Source: Blepharisma stoltei ATCC 30299 (lineage: Eukaryota; Protista; Ciliophora). Taken from it: DNA of 64,000 nt. The position numbers and the translations under genes were made by a program. Under the pieces are notes generated by a model, which saw nothing but the letters and a program-made list of their open reading frames with translations, did no database searches and had not been told where the DNA came from. Below are positions 1 through 11,563 of this stretch, in pieces. The stretch is from NCBI GenBank assembly GCA_965603825.1, contig CBFDEM010000005.1, positions 1-64,000 of the forward strand, in the 5' to 3' direction. Numbering within the stretch: the first letter of the stretch is position 1; each line of letters begins with the position of its first letter.

Positions 1-2463
1 CCCTAACACCCAACACCCTAACACCCTACCCCCTAACACCCAAACCAACCCCAACACCCTAACACCCTAACACCCTAACACACACCCAACACCCCCTAAC
101 CACCCTAACACCCTAACACCCTAACACCAACCCTAACACCCTAACACCCTAACACCCTAACACCCTAACACCCTAACACCCCCTAACACCCAAACACCCA
201 ACACTACCCCTAACACCCACACCTAACACCCTAACACCCAACCCTAACACCAACACCCAACACCCTAACCCAACCCCTAACACCACCCTAACACCCTAAC
301 ACCCTAACACCCTAACACCCTAACACCCTAACCCCACACACCCTAACACCCTAACACCCTAACACCCTAACACCTAACACCCTAACACCCTAACACCCTA
401 ACACCCTAACACCCTAACACCCAACACACCCTAACACCCTAACACCCAACACCCTAACACCCTAACACCCTAACACCCTACACCCTAACACCCTAACACC
501 CTAACACCCTAACACCCTAACACCCTAACACCCTAACACCCAAAACACCCTAACACCCTAACACCCTAACACACCCTAACACCCTAACACCCTAACACCC
601 TAACACCCTAACACCCTAACACCCTAACACCCTAACACCCTAACACCCTAACACCCTAACACCCTAACACCCTAACACCCTAACACCCTAACACCCTAAC
701 ACCCTAACACCCTAACACCCTAACACCCTAACACCCTAACACCCTAACACCCTAACACCCTAACACCCTAACACCCTAACACCCTAACACCCTAACACCC
801 TAACACCCTAACACCCTAACACCCTAACACCCTAACACCCTAACACCCTAACACCCTACACCCTAACACCCTAACACCCTAACACCCTAACACCCTAACA
901 CCCTAACACCCTAACACCCTAACACCCTAACACCCTAACACCCTAACACCCTAACACCCTAACACCCTAACACCCTAACACCCTAACACCCTAACACCCT
1001 AACACCCTAACACCCTAACACCCTAACACCCTAACACCCTAACACCCTAACACCCTAACACCCTAACACCCTAACACCCCTAACACCCTAACACCCTAAC
1101 ACCCTAACACCCTAACACCCTAACACCCTAACACCCTAACACCCTAACACCCTAACACCCTAACACCCTAACACCCTAACACCCTAACACCCTAACACCC
1201 TAACACCCTAACACCCTAACACCCTAACACCTAACACCTACCCCCTAACACCCTAACACCCTAACACCCTAACACCCTAACACCCTAACACCCTAACACC
1301 CTAACACCCTAACACCCTAACACCCTAACACCTAACACCCTAACACCCTAACACCCTAACACCCTAACACCCTAACACCCTAACACCCTAACACCCCTAA
1401 CACCCTAACACCCTAACACCCTAACACCCTAACACCCTAACACCCTAACACCTAACACCCTAACACCCTAACACCCTAACACCCTAACACCCTAACACCC
1501 TAACACCCTAACACCCTAACACCCTAACACCCTAACACCCTAACACCCTAACACCCTAACACCCTAACACCCTAACACCCTAACACCCTAACACCCTAAC
1601 ACCCTAACACCCTAACACCCTAACACCCTAACACCCTAACACCCTAACACCCTAACACCCTAACACCCTAACACCCTAACACCCTAACACCCTAACACCC
1701 TAACACCCTAACACCCTAACACCCTAACACCCTAACACCCTAACACCCTAACACCCTAACACCCTAACACCCTAACACCCTAACACCCTAACACCTAACA
1801 CCCTAACACCCTAACACCCTAACACCCTAACACCCTAACACCCTAACACCCTAACACCCTAACACCCTAACACCCTAACACCCCTAACACCCTAACACCC
1901 TAACACCCTAACACCCTAACACCCTAACACCCTAACACCCTAACACCCTAACACCCTAACACCCTAACACCCTAACACCCTAACACCCTAACACCCTAAC
2001 ACCCTAACACCCTAACACCCTAACACCCTAACACCCTAACACCCTAACACCCTAACACCCTAACACCCTAACACCCTAACACCCTAACACCCTAACACCC
2101 TAACACCCTAACACCCCTAACACCCTAACACCCTAACACCCTAACACCCTAACACCCTAACACCCTAACACCCTAACACCCTAACACACCCTAACACCCT
2201 AACACCCTAACACCCTAACACCCTAACACCCTAACACCCTAACACCCTAACACCCTAACACCCTAACACCCTAACACCCTAACACCCTAACACCCTAACA
2301 CCCTAACACCCTAACCCTAACACCCTAACACCCTAACACCCTAACACCCTAACACCCTAACACCCTAACACCCTAACACCCCTAACACCCTAACACCCTA
2401 ACACCCTAACACCCTAACACCCTAACACCCTAACACCCTAACACCCTAACACCCTAACACCCT
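1..2463 (+). repeat. Telomere, (CCCTAACA)n, about 300 units, C-rich strand on +
   Basis: Continuous CCCTAACA tandem repeat from base 1 to 'ccct|ttattct' at ~2463; more indel variants in the distal ~550 bp. CCCTAACA is the known heterotrich (Stentor/Blepharisma) telomere unit. Confidence 0.98.
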
Positions 2464-3077
2464 TTATTCTGATCAAGTTTATTTGTCATATAATAAAGGA
2501 GGAATAAACATTGCACACTGTTGTAATAATGTTATTATTTAAACATATAAAATAATAAGTGTTTTATGTGCACTTTTATATTTAATTTATAGACATTGAA
2601 ATATATATTGAAAGCATATTAAAATAAATTTTTTATTGCAAATTTTTGAATATTTTAGAATTGTTCTTAAGCACTCTTTATTTAATTACTATTGATCAAA
2701 ACATCAATAAAGACTTTGATAGCCTACTAAGTTTTTATACGGTTAACTTAATAAAAATAAAGTTATAAATTTAAAATTAAAGTTTTTTGCTCTCTTATTT
2801 TCGTATTTTAAATTTTAGCACAAATTAAGCAACGAGCATTTATTTAATCTATATTACCTATAAAGTTTAATAATTATAATTTAATTTCATTTTTTCTAAT
2901 TAAAATACCAAAAAGGCCACAAGACTGAAATTTTACAGTTGACTTATATGTTTCTAATCTTTAATATATTTAAATGCTATTTATTTACCCGATGATTTTT
3001 ACTTTACTTAGGATATTTTAATAAGCCAAGGATGCCTCAATATTTCATCAGTTCCAATCTAACCTCCGACTTTATCG

Positions 3078-5360
3078 CCATCGTAATAGTTCATAATACC
3101 ATCAAGGGTCACGTTCTCTTCAAAATATCATGTGAAATAAAACCAGATTGTGCTTCCATTTCTATCGGCTGCCTTTATTCCCGTTCAAATGGAAATATAT
3201 CTCGTGAAGATAAAGATGCCCATTTTATCAATCAACCTGTGTAAGCTATACCAATTAGTTAAGTCTATTGCTCAAATGAAGGGTGATTTTATCTTTCGAA
3301 GAAAGAAAGACGATGCGGATATCTATTATTTGCAGAATGTTAGAGCATTAAATTATAAGTATGAATGCTATATATCAAAATGTGAATGAAGGCTAATAGT
3401 TTTAAAACCTCCTGCTCAGATAGGTTTTAGCACCACCTAAAGGGGTTTCTTCCTGGTGAAGCAACATGCTATATGAGTTCTTCCTATGGTAAGGCAAGAC
3501 TGGAGCAGATCAACTTATGTTGAGATGTATCAATCGGTGTGAAATCCTAAATCTACAGACTTGATCTAGACCTAACCAAACAGAAAATAAAATTTACCTC
3601 TCCAATTTCCCGATAAACAATCTAGCCATTTCAAAAACAGCAAACTGCCAAGATCTGTAGCAAAAAAATATTTATTTCTGTTTTAAAGCTTTAAAGTTAA
3701 TGATCTATTAATTTAATTCTTTCTCCTAATCGAAAAGCATGCCCAATACTTTCATCCCTAAAACCCCATAAACCATTATGCCATAAATATTTTTAAAAAA
3801 ACATTCTGGGAACTGGTCCATATTAGAGTCTGGAAATTCCAGTATAAATCCTATTTGCCAAACTCATAAAAAATAAAATAAATTGTCTAATATGAAATTC
3901 GTAGACCCTATAATGAGTATAGTTATGAACTTTGAAATAGGAATTGTGGCAAGAACAATAAGCATTAAAAAATAAAGTCAGATGATTTTGAAGATATCTT
4001 TATTTTTCTTTAACTCACTTTTATTGTTTCTTTCTTTGAAGGATACAGCTTTTCGATGGAGAACATCACCAAATGTTATGATTCCGCATATCACGTGGAG
4101 TCAAAATATAAGAATTATCCCTAAATACATTTCATATTTCATTACAGCACGAAGAATCTTCCATAAATAAAATCCTATAAAATTTATCCAATATATTTGA
4201 GCTATTATATTAAGGACGCTCATAATTTCTGTTCCAATTTCTATATATACATACTCTTTTAAGGCAAACTTTAAAGCAAAATAGCTTCCAATAAGTAACA
4301 AAAGTGTGTGGAAGACTATCAAATAGTCATAGAAGCAAATTTCCTTAAAGTCATACTCATATCTTCATTTATTTATTATAAAAACTCCTAATGTAGCTGC
4401 ATATAATAATATATAGCAGCTACTCTCAATAAAAAAGAAACTGGCAGTATTTGATATTCCGATCATTGCTGCAATTCAGCTATATTGAAAATTCAAATGC
4501 TTTTCACTCATAATAAAACAAAGACTTCCTGAAACATAAAATCATATTTCATTTCATATCAAAGCATTATTCACATAAAAGCTAGCCAACTCATACAAAT
4601 GTGCAGAAAATTTACTCGCAAGCTCAAATAAAAGATCAGCATTATCATCTAGGTATTTCCCTAATAAAAATAAAATTGAGTTTGCTGCAAATGATTGCAA
4701 AATAATATAATATCCTTTACCTCTTATAGTCAGATTGGCAATTTTTTGAAAGACAAAGTGATCTAAGATCAAAAGTGCAAAATGAAATAACCATAAAATG
4801 ATCATGTTTATAAATGCACAAATTCATTTTTGCAAGAAAATCCTGCTAGAATAAGCCTACTGACAAATGAAAAAGAGTATTTTCAAATAAAATTAATTCA
4901 AAATGCTCAAGTGTTCTGCTTAAACCAGCTTATAACTTTGAAAAATCCTCACATCCTCTTATAATAAAAGAGCATTTCAGTATGGAGGAGGAAATCTTTT
5001 AGATGAGTGAGACTGTCAAAAAATTCAAAAAGCTAGATTTGAAATATTTTATGTAAAGCTTATATAGAAACTGCTCAAAAGTTTGTTTTTATATAAAAGT
5101 TTAAGAAATGATTTTGATATGCTATTAAAATGAATTACCAAAATATAAATTTTGCATGCACTAGTAAAAAGAGAAAATAGACTATGGATACAATAATATC
5201 TCAAAAACAGAGCATTGAAAAACTTAAAGTAGTTAAGAGCCTGAAATCTATAAGGCTCCAAACCTCAAAAAGAAAAAAATATAAAGCCACTCTTGAATCT
5301 ATAAGAGATATTAGGAAGAATCGCGAAAATGGCTCAAGCATTAAAGACTTTTCAGACGCT
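3078..5360 (+). repeat. Subtelomeric segmental duplication, copy A
   Basis: Aligns with ~6723-9280 (shared 'catcgtaatag..ataataccatcaagggtcacg' at the start, 'agacttttcaga' at the end; offset 3870 bp across the membrane gene). Copy A lacks ~220 bp present at ~7220-7450. Confidence 0.9.
3726..4805 (-). CDS. Multipass membrane protein, 359 aa, unknown function (copy A)
   Basis: With UGA=Trp, ORFs 4554..4805 and 4101..4322 join in one frame ending at TAG 3726-3728 (MIILWLFHF...VLGMLFD*). Many hydrophobic segments; frame preserved in the paralog. Confidence 0.75.
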
Positions 5361-6929
5361 TAGTTACTATCAGCTAAGAAAGATCCAAGAACTAATCTAT
5401 TAGAGATAAGTTCTAAATTCTGCTTGCTCTGCTTTCTTTTAAGTTAGAGTTTTCCTGGCTTGATTATTATTAATTTTATTTTAGGTTTATTTTTTTTTCT
5501 TGAGCAGTGAAAAGGGTTTATCTGAAATCTTGCCTAGTTAGGAGGTGATTTAAACAAGTGGTATTAGTGATGAGATGCATATACAAGTAACCTCTCTATA
5601 TTTTTAGAAATAGATTCCGTAGCTATTATAACTCTTGTGAAATCAATTTCATCACTTGACGTCTTAAATCCAGGAATTACCAAATTTGCTTTAAAACACA
5701 GCCTACTCTACAAGTTAAGAAATACAATAATCATTGATTTGATAATTCTCAAACAAATAATATTTGATACATAATCAGAACTAATTAATCTTGCTTTTCT
5801 TAGTGGTGAAGTCCATTATGAAAAATAGGACATGAAACTAAAATATTGAATGAAAAGGGGAGAATTATTGATAGGATAGTTGATAATTCTTGAAGCGTTA
5901 TAACTCATCATGCAAATTATAGTATAATGTTGAATTGATTATAAAATTAATGGCCATTTTTTAGCATATTAAAACAGAATCCATATCCGGACAAATTTGA
6001 CAAACTTACCTATTTTCGGTTAAACAAATTATCTAAGCTATAGAGTTTGATTTTATACTGGCCCAATTAATATTAAAGAGATTTTCAATGAAATATTAGG
6101 GATCCTGATGGATATAAATACTGAATTCTAAGATCTCCAAAATGCTTTTTTCAAAGTGTTTTACAGTTTATATGAAGTATCCATGTCAGAATGCTTTTGG
6201 CAAACCAGGCTCACGGTTCTAATGGCAGATTTTGATTCACTGGCTCGCCTCATACTTTTACGTAGTCAAAATACAGACTTAGTTTGTAAAAATAATTTAG
6301 CAAGCCAGGTTGACATCTGGCTATTACAAAAAACTTATTAACTTATTATTAATGCAGAGCTAGTATACAATCTTATCGCCCCTCCTATCAAATTTTGGTG
6401 TTTTAGCATCTGTATTTTTGTCTCCAAACTTTGTTTCTACTGTCACTCATTTGCTTCTTTGTCTTTTTACTTAATATTTCACTGAGTCCCCCATTTAAGC
6501 TTGAATAGAAGCCTGCTTCAATTTAAAGGGATTCAGTTTTTCTTTATATGTGTCCATCAATGCTGCTCTTCATCTCTAAACTTATGCAAGTATTAAACCA
6601 ATTCTAATATTCTCATTATTTCTTTCTCCAATTCGCCAATCATAAAATAGGGCTCTTTTTCTGAGTTCTCTCTGTCGTAATCTTTGTCATTTTCCTTGCA
6701 TAATCTAATCTTCGCATTTAATCATCGTAATAGCTTATAATACCATCAAGGGTCACGCTCTCATCAAAATGTCATATGAAATAAAACCCACATTGTACGC
6801 TTTCATTTCTATCGGCTGCTATTATTCTCTTTCAAATGAAAACCCATTTCTCTTAAAGATAAAAATGCTCATTGTATCATTCAACCTGTACAAGTTGTGC
6901 CAATTAATTAAGTCTATTGTTCAAATGAA

Positions 6930-7450
6930 GGGTGATTTTATCTTTCGAAGAAAGAAAAGACAATGCGAATATCTATCACATGCAGAATGCTAGAGCATCA
7001 ATTATAAGTATGAATGCTATATATCAAAATGTGCATGAAGGCTAATAGTTTTAAAACCCTCCTGCGCATGTAGGTTTTAGCTCCACCTAAAGGGGTTTCT
7101 TCCTGATGCAACAACTAGCTATATGTATTTTTCCTATGGTCAAGGCAAGGCTGGAGCAGATCAACTTATATTGAGATGGATCAACCGGTGTGAAATCCTA
7201 AATCTCCAGACCTGATTTGTCTCTCTGACAACAACCGATTAGAGGAGTCTGAAATCTGGGAAATGGAAACTATACAGCATTTAGAAGCAGCTGCACCTTC
7301 CTAATGAAGGATTTGAGTGAATACAGGAATTCTGGTTAGCATACAGATCGATATTGGTTAAACGGAAAGTATTACTTCAAGTTTGAGTTGAATAAAAAGA
7401 GATTGAGTAAATTAAAAGAATTTTGCAAGCTTTTCAATTATAAATGCTAA
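6930..7450 (+). pseudogene. Decayed Kelch/beta-propeller-like gene fragment (partial counterpart in copy A at ~3280-3570)
   Basis: Fragments such as '..YMYFSYGQGKAGADQLILRWINRCEILNLQTW..' and '..YYFKFELNKKRLSKLKEF..' resemble the C-terminal region of the 36696-39524 gene; interrupted by TAG/TAA and frameshifts. Confidence 0.35.
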
Positions 7451-7595
7451 TTAAAATTTACCCTCAAAGTTCCCGATGAACACTCTGCCCATTTCAAAAA
7501 CTAGCAAACTACCAAGATCTGTAGCAAGAAAATAGGGTATTTATTCATGCTTCTAAAGCTTTAAAGTTAATGATCTATTAAGTTAATTCTTTCTC

Positions 7596-8675
7596 CTAAT
7601 CGAAAAACATGCCCAATACTTTCTTCCCTAAAAACCCATAAACCATTATGCCATAAATATTTTTAAAAAAACATCCTGGAAACTGGTCTATATAAGTATC
7701 TGGAAATTCCAGTATAAATCCTATTTGCCAAACTCATAAAAAATAAAATAAATCGTCTAATATGAAATTCGTAGATCCTATAACGAGTATAGTTATGGTC
7801 TTCGAAATAGGAATTGTGGCAAGAACAATAAGCATTAAAAAATAAAGTCAGATGATTTTGAAGATATCTTTATTTTTCTTTAACTCACTTTTATTGTTTC
7901 TTTCTTTGAAGGATAAAGCTTTTCGATACAGCACTTCACCAAATGTTATGACGCCGCATATCACGTGGAGTCAAAATATAAGAATTATCACTAAATACAT
8001 TTCATATTCCATTAAAGCACGCAGAATCTTCCATAAATAAAATCCTATAAAATTTATCCAATATATTTGAGCTATTATATTCAGGACATTCATAATTTCT
8101 GTTCCAATTTCTATATATACATACTCTTTTAAGGCAAACTTTAAAGCAAAATAGCTTCCAATAAGTAACAAAAGTGTGTGGAAGACTATCAAATAGTCAT
8201 AGAAGCAAATTTCCTTAAAGTCATACTCATATCTTCATTTATTTATTATAAAAACTCCTAATGTAACTGCATATAATAATATATACCAGCTGCTATCAAT
8301 AAAAAAGAAACTGACAGCATTTGATATTCCAATCATTGCTGCAATTCAGCTATATTGAAAATTCAAATGCTTTTCACTCACAATAAAGCAAAGAGTTCCT
8401 GAAACATAAAATCATATTTCATTTCATACCAAAGCACTATTCACATAAAAACTAACCAATTCATACCAATGTGCAGAAATTTTTTTCACAAACTCAAATA
8501 AAAAATCGGCATTGTCATCTGAGTATTTCCCTAATAAAAATAAAATTGAGTTTGCTGCAAATGATTGCAAACTAATATAATATCCTTTGCTTCTTATATG
8601 CAGATTGATAATTTTTTGAAAGACAAAGCCATCGAAGATCAAAAGTACAAAATGAAATAACCATAAAATGATCAT
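7596..8675 (-). CDS. Multipass membrane protein, 359 aa, unknown function (copy B)
   Basis: Same frame, length and TAG stop as 3726..4805 with UGA=Trp; diverged by substitutions only. Confidence 0.75.
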
Positions 8676-9423
8676 ATTTATAAATGCACAAATTCATTTT
8701 TGCAAGAAAATCTTGCGAGAACTAGCCTACTGACAAATGAAAAAGAGTATTTTAAATAAAATTAATTCGAAATGCTCAAGTGTTCTGCTTAAACCAGCTT
8801 ATAACTTTGAAAGATCTTCACATCCTCTTATAATAAAAGAGCATTTCAGTATGATGGAGGAAATCTTTTAGATGAGTGAAAAAGTCCCAATAACCCCAAA
8901 AAATTCAAAAAGCTAGATATAACATATTTTATTTAAAGCTTATATAGAAATTATTCAAAAATTTGTTTTTATATAATAGTTTAAGAAATATTTTTGATAT
9001 GCTATTGGAATGAGTTACCAAAATAGAAATTTTATACTACCTTTATGAATACGCATAAAGATCTGTCTTCATGTATAAGTATGCTAGTAAAAAGAGGAAA
9101 TAGACTAATGGATACAATGACACCTCAAAAAGAGAGCATTGAAAAACTTAAAGAAGTTAAAAGCCTGAAATCTAAAAAGGCTCCAAACCTCAAAAAAATA
9201 TAAAGCCTCTCTTGAATCCATCAGAAATATCAGGAAGAATCACGAAAATGGCTCAAGCGTCAGAGACTTTTCAGATGTTTACCTAGAAAAAGCCTTCATT
9301 TAATTTCAGCATTTTCAACAGTAGTTTAAAAAGCTATAATTAATTTTATTTATAATTAAAAACATCCTATAATTAATAATTAACAAACTATAAAAATATT
9401 AAAATATAAAATTTCAATTGCAT

Positions 9424-11508
9424 TTATTTACTCATAATTATTTCAAGATTCGGTGATTTATAGATGCCTTCTGGTAACATTTCATTTATAACATTTTGAT
9501 AGTGTTGCTTTATCTTGAATCTTTGCATTTTTAAAGTGTCAGTCAAAAAATTTTCAGGCGTTCATGGAGTTTTTTCAATATAAATCGTGCTTACTTGCTC
9601 ATAAGGCAATAAAGATTTTTGTGAAGCGATTTCTGCTAAATCTAGCAAAATCGCTGTTTTTAATTCTTCTGAGCTGCAAATTTCTTCATAGCTTCTATTT
9701 TCAAAACCTCGATTTTCATGAGCTCAGCTTTCTTTTATATACATTTCATCAGGGACTACAATTCCAACGATACTCATCCCAGTCGGCTCAGCATGCAGAT
9801 AAATTTGTTTAACAAAGCTACTTGAATGGTAAATAGTTTCAAGCCTTTCGATAGCTATAAATTCTCCATTAGCAAGCTTAAGTATATTTATTTTCCTATC
9901 AATAATTGCTACGGCGTTTCTATCAGGTAAGATTGCAGCAATATCGCCAGTGTGCAGCCAGCCATATTTATCAATGATATTGACTTGCTCTTTTGAATGA
10001 CCAACACTATAATACCCAACAAAAACTGAGTCACCTCTCAAGCACAACTCTCCTATCTTGCCTTTGTATTCTTCAAATTTGAAATCTTCTGGTAGGTTTT
10101 CTTTGCTTAATTTCATTTCTAATCCTGGAGATGGACCGCCGACGTGGCCTAAAGAATTGTCTCCAGGCATTGAGCATAAGCAAGCAATGGATCCTTCAAC
10201 TAGTCCATAGCCTTCAAGAATGCTGCAAGATAATATGATCCTGAGCTCTTTGAGGATTTTTGAGTTCATCGGCGCAGATCCTGTACATAGGACCCTTATC
10301 TTGCCTCCCAAAATTCTTCTTGCTGCTTTGAGTACCAATTTATCTCATATTGCATGCTTAATTGACCCATTCTTGTCATAATTTTCAAATTTTCTTTTCA
10401 AAGCTGACCTGAGAAGAAAGCCTTTGAGATTTCTTTGCTTCGAAAACTCTTGATTAATTAAAATATATAGCCTGTGCATCATCCTCGGAACTGTAAGCAA
10501 GACGGTTGGCTTGAGAATTTGAAGATCCTCTGCAAACTCGGTCGAATCCCCTGAGGCAAACCCCACTTTTCCACCATTAAAAGCGACCAAATATAACAGC
10601 CATCTTTCCATAAGATGAGCCATTGATATATATGAAATGTGTGTGTCGCTAATCCTGTCAAATCCCAGTCCGCATGCCCTTGCGCTTGCTATAGAAGAAA
10701 CAATATTCTTGTGCGAAATAATTGCAGCTTTAGGATACCCTGTAGTTCCACTTGTGCTGCATAGTGTAAAAATGTCATCCGGGCTCAGCTTAACCTCAAA
10801 TCTTTCTGGCACATTCTCTACAGAAATGGTGGACTTCGCTGAGTTTCCTTGTTTTCTTTCTTCAAGGCTTAAACATTCTAATTCTCTAAATGAGATTGTT
10901 CTTATATCAGCATTTGCAGCGTGCTTTCTTTCTTCATTATTTAAGTCTTCAAATTGGATTATCAGCTCAAGTGTAGGAATTTGTCCTTCCTCTTTGAGAC
11001 TTATTAGCCTAGAAAAATTGCTTGAGCTGCAGCACATGTATTTTAATCCTACTTGCTTTATCATATTCGCAATAAACTCTCCTCTCTGCATATCAAAAAA
11101 CCCGAAACTTGCAATCCTTTTACTCATGCAAGCAATTTCTAGCAAAATTCATTCTTCTCTATTTTTTGACAAAATTCCTAAAATTTTAGTCCCGTTTTCG
11201 TCGGGAAATAAATTCAGTAAATCAAGACCTGAAGCGATTTTTTCAATCCTTTCATGCGCCTGCCTATATGTAATCCACTGATATTCATGCCTTCTATCAG
11301 ATTTTCTGGAGCCTAAAAAAGGCCTATTCGGATAATCAGCAACTGACTGTAAGAAGCAATCATAAAGAGTTTTTTGCCCTTTTACTTCAGAAGGGACTAA
11401 GCCATCAATAAATTCAGGGTGACGGTAAATCGGACTATCGAATTCTGATTCAGTTCCAGGTATTGGTGAACAATATTCATGAACAAGAGTGCCATTTCTG
11501 CCTCCCAT
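9424..11508 (-). CDS. ACSL: Long-chain fatty acyl-CoA synthetase (AMP-binding family), 694 aa
   Basis: Three track ORFs are in one frame joined by in-frame UGA (11149, 10345, 9724, plus one near 9563). Motifs TSGTTGYPK, EGYG, GWLHTGDIA, IIDRKINILKLANGEFIA; ends at TAA 9424. Confidence 0.93.
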
Positions 11509-11563
11509 TTAAAAAAGTAAAAATATTAATTTGGTTAACAAGCTGATATTTTAATAATTGGAA

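Larger units (their letters stand above)
6723..9280 (+). repeat. Subtelomeric segmental duplication, copy B
   Basis: Direct repeat of 3078-5360 with substitutions and indels. Confidence 0.9.

Noticed and set aside
1-2463. CRISPR array or satellite interpretation of the terminal repeat
   Set aside because: No spacers; an 8-bp unit at the contig end matching the heterotrich telomere; eukaryotic gene content.
10637-11281. Long antisense ORFs (10637..11281, 27004..27330, those opposite SMC4, the Kelch gene and the array inserts)
   Set aside because: Shadows of real genes on the opposite strand; S/F/L-rich translations with no motifs.
9424-11508. Acyl-CoA synthetase (and other genes) as nonsense-disrupted pseudogenes or selenoproteins
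   Set aside because: The interruptions are in-frame UGA at Trp-compatible positions or stop-containing 15-nt introns, consistent with UGA=Trp.
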